Of a stretch of DNA of 53,726 bases, positions 38,622 through 52,111 are shown in pieces. Made by a program: the position numbers and the translations under genes. How positions within the stretch are numbered: position 1 is the stretch's first letter; each line of letters starts with the position of its first letter. The stretch spans positions 1 to 53,726 of the forward strand of contig NW_021834426.1 in the NCBI RefSeq assembly GCF_006345805.1. The letters run 5' to 3'. The notes under the pieces were generated by a model that ran no database searches, was not told the origin of the DNA, and was given only the letters and a program-made list of their open reading frames with translations. Source of the DNA: Octopus sinensis (lineage: Eukaryota).

Positions 38622-38983
38622 CAGGTATGGGCATTCTTTTTCGAGAACCGGGCCATATGAGATATTATCAGATACCCGCTCTACTAAAAACATTTATGGT
38701 AATTTTTCATTTGACATATCATTCAAAAAGTCCTGCGGGCGGGCTGCAGTGGGCCCATCACTGACTTACGGAATATATACTACATATATGAGCAATCCTT
38801 TTTCCCCGAAGCGGCCCGCGTGAGACAAGGATCAGATAAAACACCACTAAGCGTTTTGTCTGATACATTAACAATTTTGCTAGCTTGCCTTAGGAGGGCC
38901 GCACTACAAAAAACATTGAAGGTAATTTTTCGTAGGCGTACTTTTCAAAACGTCCTGTGGGGCCGCAGTTTTGTCCTATGCTG
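38622..38983. mobile_element. hAT-type MITE
   Basis: Ends CAGGTATGGGCA ... GGCCGCAGTTTTGTCCTATGCTG; 8-bp flanks GTCTATAC / GTCTGTAA (6 of 8); internal GCGGCCCGCG motifs. Confidence 0.6.
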
Positions 38984-39381
38984 GTCTGTAACCTGAGTAA
39001 TCTTGAATTAGATAATGGGGAGAGAAACGAAAACTAAAAAAAAAAAACGACCTAAAAAGCAGACAAAGAAAATCTTTGATCAGCAACTGATGAAAACCAA
39101 TGGCTATGTAAAACAACGTGTTATAACATCTGAGCACTTTAGGAGATTTTCAAGGATTAAGTGCTGATCGATTGACAAATATATATTGACAGACACACGA
39201 AGAGATTCTCTCGTATATAAACAATGTGTGTCAATCTCTTTATTTCAGAGCAGATTGATCAGAATTTATGCATAGTCATTTCTGCTAAAGTTTCCGATTC
39301 TTAAGTAACTTACCAATTCTCACAAGCGCCGTTGCTTGCCTGTCTGCTGGTCTGTCCGTCTGCCTGCCTGTCTACTCGCCA

Positions 39382-39413
<32 letters not shown>

Positions 39414-39499
39414 TAATCATTTATGATTTTCCTTCTTTACCATTTTTTTCTCTTATTCTTTAAAACTTTCGTAGGCTTTATTTTTTTACTACACACCAC

Positions 39500-39848
39500 C
39501 ATTATCATCATCATCATCATCATAACCACCACTACCATCACCATCGCCGTCGTCGTCGTCGTTATCGTCATCGCCATCGTGGTCATCATTATCATCATCA
39601 TCACCATCATCGTCACTATCATCATCATCATCGTCGTAGTCATCATAATCACCATCATCGTCATCATCATCGTCGTCGTCATCATCATCGTCATCATCAT
39701 CATCCTCATCATCATCATCATCATCACCATTATCATCATCATTGTCGCCGTCGTCGTCATCATCATCATCATCTACATGGTGGTGGTGACAGCAACAACG
39801 ACGGCGACGGAGTCGACGATTATACCAACGGATATAAAGAACCATCAT
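39500..39848. repeat. (CAT)n/(CGT)n low-complexity tract
   Basis: Direct reading. Confidence 0.9.
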
Positions 39849-40251
39849 TAACACAACTTCATGTTTTGGTTCCGACTGCTAGAAACAGGAGCTCGGTATT
39901 TCAACTTTCGCCGATGTCTACATTGTTTTTCATGGCCCACAGAATAAAGAACCCGTTTAGTATTGGAACGACTGGAATAAAGTAGCTCCACCCGATACTA
40001 AAAGACACCATCTTTGTACTAGAATTCCAAACATTAACGATTTTACCCTTTATTATAATATATATATACATATACATATACATATATACATACAAATGTG
40101 GCATTATTTTTAATTAAATTTTATCTTAAGGTAATAAATATTTTCCTTTTAATGATTAATTTTAATTTCATCATTTTGATTTAACATCAAAAAGAATAAC
40201 AAATTAATAATCGCTTAATCACAATTATATATATGTATGTATATAATTATG

Positions 40252-40286
<35 letters not shown>

Positions 40287-40383
40287 TTATACATACATGC
40301 ATATATATATATATATATATATATATGTGCATATATATATATATAATATATATATATTATATATATATATATATATTATATAT

Positions 40384-40427
<44 letters not shown>

Positions 40428-41359
40428 ACTTGTGGGAGAGGAATTAAACGTCACTAGTTCACATCAAGAATCTTAGAAACCAAATACGAACGCAAAAGAA
40501 GTTTAGACGCCAGGTTAATGAGGTAAATTAGAAGGAAGAGGACAAATGTGTGCGCGCGCATGATTGTGTATGGGGCATGATCAACGTTACGAATACTTGT
40601 ATGCTAAGCCGTAAATGCTGATAAACGTCATCCTAACTGTATTGCTTTATTTCGGAGAAAATTGCTTTGACTGTGGCGAATATCAGTTTATTACTGCCCT
40701 GTGTTTTTATGCATAGCTGAGGAAGCATGCTTTGTTAAATCGGATTTGTGAGCTGTATTTCAGCAATGCACACTTTACATAAATTTTTTATCTATATCGT
40801 GTTTTATTTTTGTGACACGATTCCAAATTTGTGAATCCATTAACCAGAATCTTTTACAGTTTTTATCATGCTTTGACCACAATGTATCAAAGGGTATAGT
40901 TTTGGATCTCTCGAGGTAAATTTTTAGATATACTTATTTTGTTCAAGTTTCTGCCATCTGAGAATATAAAAGTTACCGAGAACTTCTGGTTCCTTTATTA
41001 TACCAGAGAGCCACAAATAATAGCACAGCATCTCCTCAATTCACATTCCACAATCTTAATTAAGGAGATACAGTTTGAAAGCATTAGCTCAATCCACTAC
41101 ATTAAGTGTAGCATGTTAGCACCCTTATAAAGTTTATAAATAAACAATTTTCATGTTACCATTATTGAACGCTATCTATAGAGGCAAACTGTCACCAAAT
41201 ACAATGCTTTCTCATTACTGTTTTAATCCAGGATCTTAACCATCGGTACTATATATTTGAATGTCACTAAACTCAAGGCCGTTTCTGCAACAGTATAGGC
41301 CCCTGAAGATCAGTTAATTATGATTTTATTCAATATATTCCTTTCTCAGATTCACATAC

Positions 41360-42505
41360 GTACTGTAGCGGTCCTTCATCTTTGCTAAACCCTGTAAAAC
41401 AATTCAGAAGGATCCCATTAGGCACGTTAATGATAAGATGACTAATATTCTCTTCTTGTCAAGTTTCATGCAGTAATTTCAAAAGATCTGGCTTCGAATA
41501 TACTTTGAATATACTTTCTTATTGTTTTTATGAAGTGCCCTCTCAATTATGTCCCAGAGGTGTTCAATCGAGTTCATATTTGGTGACCGGCTTGACCATG
41601 GACGCTTTTTAATGTGATTCTCATCCATCAACAAATCTTGGATCATTTTAGCGTGTGACAAGGAGTCCCATCTTCCATAAATAAAGTCTTCTTTAATCAT
41701 TTCATCACAGGAGAAGATTAGAAGGAGTCCTTTCTGCAATATGGACACATATTTATGTGAGTTTGTTTCCCTCATAGCTCTAATTGACCATTACTACAAA
41801 TTGCTCCCCAGACCATCACAGAATAGCTGCTATGCTTGATTGTTGGCTGCTATCTTTTCACGCCAAATTCTTGGTCACAGAGTCTGCAGACCCACACTCG
41901 CCCACTGTTAGAAAATACAGCAAAGCTGGACTAATTGGAGAATATGACAGTATCCCAAAACGCTAGATCTCTCCACCATGTCACTGGTCCAATCTAGTCG
42001 AAGAAGGATGGCTAGTCGAAGAAGTAGCTTCCTTCTTGCTGCACTGCCATAGTAACCAAGTTTGTGGAGATACTTGACAGCTGTTCTGGGACTGACATCA
42101 ATTTGTTCTGCTATGTCAGAGGCCTTGCAACTAGGATTATCCTCCACATTTCGCTTAGCAAAGAAAAGGGTCCTGTTAGAGAGCCCTGGTCAACCTGGGC
42201 GAGATGATGTGGACTTCTTCCCCTCTCTATTTTGCACAATCACTCTATTAACGGTAGAAAGCAGGATCCCAAGATTTTGTGCGATTTTACACTATTTCCA
42301 CTTTGAGACTGACTCACAAAATGGTCTCTTTGAAATCCAGACAATTCTGAGCCTTCTTTTGTACATGGCATGATTAAGCAGTCATATATAGAACCTGAAA
42401 CATGAAAGCATCAATTAATAAAAGCAAATATAAAACTTTACAAGTTAAAATAAACATAAAACGATGCTCTATTGGGTGTCTATTTATTTCTGTCATGTCT
42501 GTGTA
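41360..42505 (-). mobile_element. Decayed Tc1-family DNA transposon (transposase pseudogene)
   Basis: From ATG at 42371 with frameshifts: MPCTKEGSELSGFQR..EIAQNLGILLSTVNRVI..SRPG*P..EDNPSCKASDIAEQIDVSPRTAVKYLHKLGYYGSAARRKLLL..WSSRSPNMNSIEHLWDIIER..SKPDLLKLLHET*QE. TIR-like TACACAGACATGACAGAAATAAATAGACACCC at about 42474-42505 (minus strand); partner TIR not found. Confidence 0.9.
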
Positions 42506-42839
42506 TATATGTATGAATGTGTGTGTATGCGTGCGTGTGTGTATGTGTGTGTGTGTCTATGCATGCGTAGGGTTGTTTATGTGTAAGAAATAATGGTTTC
42601 AAGAACAGAGTGAGTGTATGTGAAAGACTTACTAAAAGTGTGTGTAAGTGTGTGTGCAAGAGTCCTTGTAAGTGTGTGTACACGAGAGCGTGTGTGTGTG
42701 TGTATGTTTATATGTGTATGTGTATGAATAGATGCTTCTCTATGTGCGTATGAGTATATGGATGTTTATGTATATACGTATATGTGTGTAGGCATCATCC
42801 TATGCATGTATGCATATAAACATGTATGTATGTATGTAC

Positions 42840-42886
<47 letters not shown>

Positions 42887-42912
42887 CACACCTATATATA
42901 TGTATATACATT

Positions 42913-42943
<31 letters not shown>

Positions 42944-42994
42944 TATATATATAAATGTATATACATATATATAGGTGTGTATATACATATATAT

Positions 42995-43047
<53 letters not shown>

Positions 43048-43077
43048 GTATATACATATATATAGGTGTGTATATAC

Positions 43078-43108
<31 letters not shown>

Positions 43109-44397
43109 CATATACACATTCTATTTGCGTATGTATGCACGTATGCAAGTGCGTGTGGGGAGGCTGTCATGTGTCTTTTCGTGTTTGCTTAAAGTGTTTT
43201 CTTTAAATGAAGAATGGTAAAGACGCTGAGAATACTCATCGGAATGTCCAGCTGGTCAATCACAAGTTCCATTGTATCCAACCTCGACAAAATTTCTACC
43301 GAATCAATGATGGTTCCACTATGCGGCTGAGTGACTTGCTAGAGACAGCAGTCAATTCTTCTACAAAAACAATAACTTGAGTTTATTTAAATAGGAATGC
43401 CATATTAGTTAATGCAGTCACAAATACCAAAATATAGGACAGGATGGCCACAGATGGAACGCCTTTGATCCTAAATCTGCTGCATTATGATTAGTATTGC
43501 GGTAAGCATCAGGAGAATTCAGCGCCTATATTGTAATATGACCTGCTAGAAATAGAAGCCAAATCTCCTCTACAAGTCGGGCAATATGATCGGCGGATGT
43601 TTCGATTTGGCTATATTCAGAAGACTAGCTCTTTGAACTCATCGCGTCAGTTCCCCGATTGTTGCCTTTCATTTGGCAATCATCAGCCATCATGGGCAAA
43701 TTTACACACACATACACACGCACACGCAGACACACACACATATATATAATACACATGCGCGCACACACACACATAATACATACGCACACGTACATACACA
43801 CACACACACATAATACATATGGACGGACACACATATATAGGCGTCGACGAAAGCGAATTGGCAATTCTATACCGGAGGAATTCCGGTCGGGGACGATTAT
43901 GGATAACTTTCAGATGTCTTGGGCCTGGCAGTGCTACCGGGTGGGGAGGTCTACTCTTCGCCGTCTGAATAAAGAGAAGAACACTTGTGATTTACAGCAC
44001 ATCGAAACATCAGAACGGTTACGATTCTTCAAAAGATATGCCCTATCAGGGTTCACCTGGGATCTCAACATAATCGTCTGATTTAGCAGCTAAATTTTCA
44101 AGTTGCACACCACTCTTTTAAAAAGAATGGCAGCGTAGATACTAAAGTCTTGGTATTACAGAACCCTACAACATCAGTGTGCACGCGGCTGGAAAGGCGT
44201 TGATCATGGGCCTGTTTGATAAGGATTAGTATGGAGCTAAACAATGGAGCTAACAATGATATCAGTATGATATTCATCCTAAAGGAAACAATTGCAGTAC
44301 AATTTTATGAGGGTAGAGACTCGTGGCTGAGTGGTTTGGAAGTTGTACTCATGATCCTAGCATTGTAGTTTCCATTCCTAGACTGGGTGACGCGTTT

Positions 44398-44655
44398 CCA
44401 GGAAGCCCTCGGAATTTCCCAGGAAGTCTCATCATCGGAACTTCCCAGCGAGTCCTCGGAATTTTCTAGGAAGTATCATCCTCGGAACTTTCCAGGGGGT
44501 CTTCGGTGTTTTCCAGGAAGTCTCATCCTCGGAGAAGTTCTCGGTAATTTCTAGGAAGTCTCATCCTCAGAAATTTCCTTGAAGACATCGGTATTTTCCA
44601 GGAAGTCCTCGAAAATTTCCATGAAGTCTCATCCTCGGAACTTCCCAGGAAGTCT
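44398..44655. repeat. Minisatellite with alternating 21- and 26-bp units
   Basis: CCAGGAAGTCCTCGGAATTTT and CCAGGAAGTCTCATCCTCGGAACTTT variants. Confidence 0.85.
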
Positions 44656-44660
44656 AACGG

Positions 44661-44828
44661 TTTCTTATGGTTTCTTAAACATTGTCTAGAACAACTCTAT
44701 GTACAAAACTAAATATATGGCACCCTAGGCATGACACCAACTTGAACTTATAACTTCTTGTCTCTTGAGATCTCTGGGTAAGACTTGGAGCCAACTTTAT
44801 AAATGCAAAGCAAAAGTCGAAAATAAAA

Positions 44829-44829
<1 letters not shown>
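44661..44829 (+). mobile_element. Probable LINE 3' UTR fragment ending in a trinucleotide tail
   Basis: ..GTCTCTTGAGATCTCTGGGTAAGACTTGGAGCCAAC..AAAATAAAA followed by (TAG)n; layout resembles R4-type 3' ends. Recognition from memory only. Confidence 0.35.
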
Positions 44830-44895
<66 letters not shown>

Positions 44896-44955
44896 TGTTG
44901 TTGTTGTTGTTGTTGTAATGATGATGATGATGATAATAATAATGATAATAATAAT
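44829..44955. repeat. Compound (TAG)n(TTG)n(ATG)n(ATA)n
   Basis: Direct reading. Confidence 0.95.
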
Positions 44956-45409
44956 TTCATGGCGACTTAAGAGTTGTATTTTAATGCATGAAGTGCAGCT
45001 GGGAACAAGAAAAAAGCAAAGAAGAAGTAAAATGGAAAGAATTTAAAGAAAGATTTTATAGTGAACCGAATTTGTCTTTGATGGCATCGTAAGAATTTCA
45101 TTGCAGAAGATTGATGTTGGTCGTAAAACTACCTGTCCCTATAACTTCAGATGTGATCAGGTTCTTTGAACTCATCGCGTCAGTTCCCCGATTCTTGCCT
45201 TTCATTTGGCAATCATCAACCATCATGGGCAAATTTACACACACATACACACACACACGCACACACACACACATCCATATAATACATATGCGCACACAGA
45301 CACACGCATACACACACACATAATGCATACGCACACGCACATACACACACACACATAATACATATGGACGGACACACATATATACATTCACACATGTATA
45401 CACACATAC

Positions 45410-45456
<47 letters not shown>

Positions 45457-45932
45457 ACACACATATGCGCACACGGGTACATACATGTACTCACATACAT
45501 ATGCACACATACACACACACGTACACAGTTATATAGACACATGAACATACATATATACATAGACACACACATACACATATGCATACACATACATCCACAC
45601 ATATATATGCAGGCATACCTACACACACAGGCAAGAATATCCTGAGAATTCGAGGCACAATCATGCTAGAAATAGCAGCCACGTCTTAAAAAATTAGCTG
45701 GTTGAACATAGAGAATGTTTGTATCTTAAAAAGAAAGTGGAGTGGCCACTACTGTTGCTTATGCTTTTGGTCATTGTTTTGCTTGACCATAGCCGACCTT
45801 AGGTCTAGCGACAACAACAACCATTGAGAAATCTAAAGAAGTACCAGCCATACATAGAAAAGTGAACGTATGAGACATCCACTTGTTCCTATGTGAACGT
45901 GTATGCACACAGACATACATTGTATTTCAAAA

Positions 45933-46162
45933 GGCGGCGACCTGGCAGAAACGTTGGCGCGCAGGGCGAAATGCTTAGCGGTATTTCGTCTGCCGTTACG
46001 TCCTGAGTTCAAATTCCGCCGAGGTCGACTTTGCCTTTCATGCTTTCGGGGTGGATAAATAAAGTACCAGTTACGCACTGGGGTCGATGTCATCGACCTA
46101 ATCCGTTTGTCTGTCCTTGTTTGTCTCCTCTATGTTTAGCCCTTCTGGGCATTAAAGAAATA
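45933..46162 (+). mobile_element. SINE family B, full-length
   Basis: GGCGGCGACCTGGCAGAAACGTTGG..to..AAAGAAATA. Confidence 0.85.
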
Positions 46163-46314
46163 AATACGTTGTATTTTGAGCGCTGTATCGCCGTTAGAAC
46201 AGTAAAAAATTTGGGTAATATTACCCTTACAAGGCGGGAAAATTTGTCAAGAAATAGCCATTGCAGATGAACCCACTCCACTGATTTTAAGCGCGAAAAA
46301 GATAGATTTTTGAA

Positions 46315-46860
46315 ATGTGGCAACCAAGGAAAATGAAAGAAGCTCGTTGTATATGTGTGTGTGTGTTTCTGTATGCACGTCTGTGTGTGTGTGTGTGTGT
46401 ATGTGTTCATCGCCCTCCACCACTTGACTATCTGTGTTGGTGTGTTTACTAAGCGTTTCGGCAAAATGGACCGATAGAATTAAGAACAAAGCGGCGAGCT
46501 AGCATAAATTGGTGGTCAGCTGGCAGAATGGTTAGCACGCCAGGCGAAATGCTTAGCGGTATTTCGTCTGCCGTTACGTTCTGAGTTCAAATTCCGCCGA
46601 GGTCGACTTTGCCTTTCAACTTTCGGGGTCGATAAATTGAAGTACCAGTTACGCACTGGGGTCGATGTAATCGGCTTAATCCGTGTGTCTGTCCTCGTTT
46701 GTCCTCTCTGTGTTTAGCCCCTTGTGTGTAGTAAAGAAATATGAATTAAGTACAAGGCTTACAAAAATAAGTCCTAGTATCGATTTGTTCGTCTAAAGCC
46801 CTCAAGGCAGTGCTCCAGCATGGCAGCAGTCTAATGACTGAAACACGTAAAAGATACAAG
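46315..46860 (+). mobile_element. SINE family A (3' part) interrupted by a family B SINE
   Basis: Body 46315-46484 resumes at 46743; GAATTAAG duplicated at both junctions. Confidence 0.7.
46485..46742 (+). mobile_element. SINE family B nested in a family A SINE
   Basis: Full body, duplicated head start, 8-bp TSD GAATTAAG. Confidence 0.85.
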
Positions 46861-46879
46861 GGAAACATTACAGCCCTCA

Positions 46880-47365
46880 CATCGTCACCATCACCATCAA
46901 CAACTACAACAACATCACTAATCCTAACACCACTACTACTAACAGCAACACAACAACAGCACTAATGACACAGCCACCACCACCACCACCAGCAACACCT
47001 CCAACACCAACGCTACCACCACTATCACTACCACAATCACCAGCGTCATCACCACCACCAACAACAACAACGACAATAATAAAACAAACATTGTCATGTG
47101 CCTCAGCACCGCCATCATGTACCACCACCGCGACCGCCACCGCAGCAGCAACGATCACCAACATCAACTATTATTTCAGACCCTTTCTAGTTTATAAGAA
47201 TTCATCAAACCTGCTCAGCTTACAACAAACACCACCACTACCACCACCAGCAACACCACCACAAACAACACCACCAACGTCACCACCACCATCACCACCA
47301 CCACCAACACCACCAACGTCACCACCACCACCAACACGCTCTATTTCCCCACCACCATCACCGAA
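46880..47365. repeat. (CCA)n/(ACA)n low-complexity tracts
   Basis: Direct reading. Confidence 0.85.
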
Positions 47366-48194
47366 CCATACATTTTTCCCTTCTGATCCTTCAGACTTGA
47401 GACTAATTATAGCCGTCTGCTTAATTTCGTTTAATATTATAATTTACAACCTCAAAGACTGACTTCATATCAATTTCCTGTACAATGATACTTAGGACAT
47501 GTTTCATTGGGTTTGCAAGAATTTGCTGAAGTCTTTTACTGCTTTTTTTTTCTAGATTAAATTCAATCGATACAAAATGGCGGTTGCGTTTCTGAAGGCT
47601 TCGGCAAATGTGAGTCGAATGAATGACGCGTGTTGAAAGAGTGTTATCATACTCGTGCGCATATACGAATATATATACACACAGATACGCGTGTATATAT
47701 ATATATATATATAATATATATATATATATATACATACATGCATATGTATATGTATATATATATATGTATTTATATATATATGTATATATATGTATTTATA
47801 TATGTATGTATGTATGTGTATGTATGTATGTATGTATGTACGTATGTATGTATGTATATATGTATAGAAATATAGATAGATAGATAGATAGTTGTACATA
47901 TGTACACACACACACACGTGTGTGTGTGCGCGTGCGAGTGTGTGTATGTATATGTGTATGCACACATAGATACCTATATATTGATATATATTTATATATT
48001 TACATAAAGGCATATGTGTGTATACATAAATGCACGTGCGTCTCTCTCTTTATATATATAGCTAGATATCATATTCTCAATATAAAATAGGATAGATAGA
48101 TATATACATACATACATAAAATGAAAAATAGATATATATCTTTATATATTGCGTACATATATAAAGATACATATATATATATATATATATATAC

Positions 48195-48237
<43 letters not shown>

Positions 48238-48252
48238 TGTATAAACACACAT

Positions 48253-48284
<32 letters not shown>

Positions 48285-49098
48285 GCATATGAGTGTGCAT
48301 GAATGCAGGTATGTATATATGTAATGTAAGCATCAGTCAAACAAGAATTCCTACGCTTCGCTGAAATGCTGGACACCTGTTTATATACACACTTGTAATT
48401 GACTTTACAAATAATTCGTTTGCGCTAAATGCTGTTTGTGTGTTTGTAGGTGTGCGTCTATATTATATCTGTACGCTCGTATGCACATATATACAGACAT
48501 ACATACATGGATGCATGCATACATAGATACATACATATATGCATGCATACATTACGTATGTATGTACATTTTGCAGAAATCTCGTGGCGAATGACAGAGC
48601 AGCGTTGTATAAATTCAAAGTCTCATATTTGCATTTATTAAATGGCGACAAAAGTTAGCCATGCGGAAAGTATGAACCCCCGTGAAGAATTACGTCACAG
48701 TTTCTCATTTCGAATTTGATTCCAAACACACACAGACGCACACACACACACACACATAGATACATACACGCACGCACACACACATGCATACGCATACACA
48801 CACACGCGCGCACACACACGCACACACATACATGCGCACACGCACACTCACATACACACACATACATACGCACACGCACAAACACACACTTATATACATA
48901 TACATATGTGTATGCATGTATGTCTATATACATGCATATATATATAATATATATATATATATGTATATCTATATATGTTTGTATATCTATATATACATGT
49001 ATGTATATATGTATATATATTAATATATATATGTATGTAGTATGTATATATATATATATATATATAATATATATGTATGTATTATATATATATATATA

Positions 49099-49180
<82 letters not shown>

Positions 49181-49555
49181 ATGTATGTATTTTATATGTA
49201 TACTATACATACATGTGCTTGTATATATTTGTCGATATTAATATAAAGCAATGTTAAGTCTTTGTTCCGGCAACATATTTCGTACTCCTCAGAGGATTTC
49301 ATGCTTACCATTCGTCGTTGTACTCATTAGAGTTACTTCAGTTGTTTGGGTTTAAGTTAACGAAACGTGTTTGGTGATGAATAGTGTAATGTATACATCT
49401 AACGATCAGCTCAACAATTAACATAGTGTTAAATTAGCCGATGAAGAAACACCTAGCTGCTTAATCGACCTGGTAGAATCAACAGCTGAATCCTACCTTA
49501 ATCAATATCATTTTGTCTTTTGAAAAAGCGTAAAGGCCTTTTGTTTTTGGCGGTA

Positions 49556-49861
49556 CAGCCGTCGGTTACGGCGTTGAGGGTTCCAGTTGATGAGGTCATC
49601 GTGAGATTAACGTGCCAGTGGCTGTGTATTCCGCAGACACGCGTACCCTTAACGTAGTTCTCAGAGAGATTCAGCGAGACACTGAATGTGACAAGGTGGG
49701 TCCTTTAAAATACGGGTACAACTCATTTTTGGCAACTGACTGAACTGCAGCAACGTGAAAAAAAGTGTCTTGCTCAAGGACACATCGCGCTGCCGGAAAT
49801 CGAACTCACGACCTTACGATCTTAAGCTGAATACACTAACCACTAAGCCACGCGCCTTCAC
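49556..49861 (-). mobile_element. tRNA-derived SINE, family C
   Basis: Minus strand: GAAGGCGCGTGGCTTAGTGGTTAG..GAGTTCGATTTCC..GTGTCCTTGAGCAAGACACT.. Confidence 0.8.
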
Positions 49862-49991
49862 TAAAGACCTTATGTACTGCTTGAATAAAGCATGGGATGA
49901 TCTTGATGAGGACGGCCACCCCACCAAACTATTTCGACTAAAGTGCTAAACCAGGTGATTGTAGATAACGAGTATGTAACCCGTAGTAAGT

Positions 49992-50068
49992 TTGACAATA
50001 GGATCTACCCTTGACTATAGGATCTACCCTTGACTATAGGGCCTACTCTTGACTATAGGTTCTACTCT
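49992..50068. repeat. 18-bp tandem repeat x4
   Basis: TTGACTATAGGATCTACC variants. Confidence 0.85.
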
Positions 50069-50947
50069 AATAGATCTTTCATCTCTCTCAAATGCATAGA
50101 GATATAGCAGCCAAATCTCCTTTATACTCTCCTGTATTACGAGGTGAATGAGGTGTCAAGTAAAGGTAGCATTTTTGATGACGGGAAAATGTCGCCCTCT
50201 TGGCGGTGGCTCGTCTGCTTTAGTGTCCACCTGGTAATATACACTCACCTGTGACTCCATTACATGTTTGCATACGCAACCGCAGCCACATCCCAGTAAA
50301 CTATTTCGACTACAGGGCTAATCCAGGTGATTGTAGATAACGAGTATGTAACCCGTGGTAAGTTAGGGCTGGTTTACAGATGCATGCGAAGTCTGGGTCC
50401 AGCGGACTCTGCAGAAGAAACCTTCGAGGTTCAGCGGAGCGGAAGACGGCTGCAGCAACGTATTGTCTGATGTAGAGTGCAAGATGAGCCAAGCAAGACA
50501 TCTTGATTACCCACTGCATCTGTTTCCATCTCCAACTGTCTTGACCTGGTCTTGCCACAGGGTTGAAGATGGTCACCGATGAGAGAGTAAGATTCACGAT
50601 GCGCAACTCTTTTTCATTTTAAACTAAGTCACCATCTATAAAGATGACTGAATGATCTTCCTTAACAATGATTAAATGATCGTAGACCCTCCGACGGACT
50701 AACAAGTGTGACTGCATTAGAAAAAGGAGAATATATTGTACATTTTTTCCTGACTTCGCTACCGAAACAATGGAAGGGATTGTCTTAAATGGTGTGTCTT
50801 TGATCATGGGTGTTCTGCAAATGAAATTTCCAAAGAATAAACACCAACGAGTTATCGCGGCCAAATTTCCTACAAATAATTTCCTATCACTTTGGAAGAT
50901 AAAACCTTTCTCATAGACTGGAGAGAAATGTGTGTGTATGTGTGTGT

Positions 50948-50983
<36 letters not shown>

Positions 50984-52073
50984 ATACAGTCTCTTTATGT
51001 ACAAATGTGTATAATAGAAATCGCAAACACTTACAAACACACATACATGCAAATGTATTCAATTGTATATCTATATACATCTATCTACAATTAGGTGCCC
51101 ACACATATATACACGAACGCACACACACCACACACACACACACACACACATACACATGCATATATGTGTGTATGTTTGTATGTATGTATGTATACGCAAT
51201 ATGCATATATACACATACACATACTTAATTGCACGCCAAGATACAGAATGCTAGACACAATGATATATAATGATGTATATACATACACACAAACTCAAAC
51301 GAATAGGTTAAATGTTATACACGCACACATTCACAAACACACACACAAACACGCATAAAAACCCACCCCCCACACACACAACTACATTCAAATACATAGA
51401 AATCAAGTTCAATGTCATACACATACATGTACACACGCAAGCACATATATACATAAAAAAACAAGCACAATTTTACACACGCACACACAAACATACACAC
51501 ATATACTTACACAGGAACACAATCGCACACACTGGCACACATACGCTCACGCACACATACGCTCACACATGCATACGCTCACACATACATACATACATAC
51601 ATACATACATACATACATACATACATACATACATACATACATACAACAAAACAAACGTCATACAGCACACATTTAAAATGGCGGCTATGTTACAATATCC
51701 AATGAAAATGAACAACAAAAAGCGCAACAGCAAAAAGACAAAAAAAAATAAGTAGAAATACTTGTACGTTATATTGATTAGTATAACAGAATTTCTAGGT
51801 TTATGCTAACCAGTAATTAGCTTAGCACAACCACCTCATTTAATAGCCAGCTATACAAGACAACACTGTGTTTTACGAGACGTTACTACATCGAACGAAA
51901 CACCATAAAACGCGAAAGTCATCGAGAAAAATCTCTTCACTTCTGTTACGCAAGAGATTTAACACTAATTCGTTATAGCTTTATATATTTGACACAAGGG
52001 GGCGCTCTAGGTTGTCCTCTCAGTGCGTACGTATGCTTACATATATCTGTCTGCGTGTGTATGTCTATGTCTG

Positions 52074-52111
<38 letters not shown>

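Larger units (their letters stand above)
43630..45383. repeat. Dispersed direct duplication of about 210 bp (43630-43839 and 45163-45383)
   Basis: Shared TCTTTGAACTCATCGCGTCAGTTCCCCGATT..GGGCAAATTT plus the same CA-rich tract ending CATATGGACGGACACACATATATA. Confidence 0.9.

Noticed and set aside
41479-42147. Tc1 ORFs as an active transposase gene
   Set aside because: Multiple frameshifts and stops, catalytic region partly deleted, and only one TIR found.
43665-43690. Minus-strand CTGATGA-TTGCC-AAATGAAA-GGCAA
   Set aside because: GAAA lies inside the loop, which is the wrong topology for a hammerhead.
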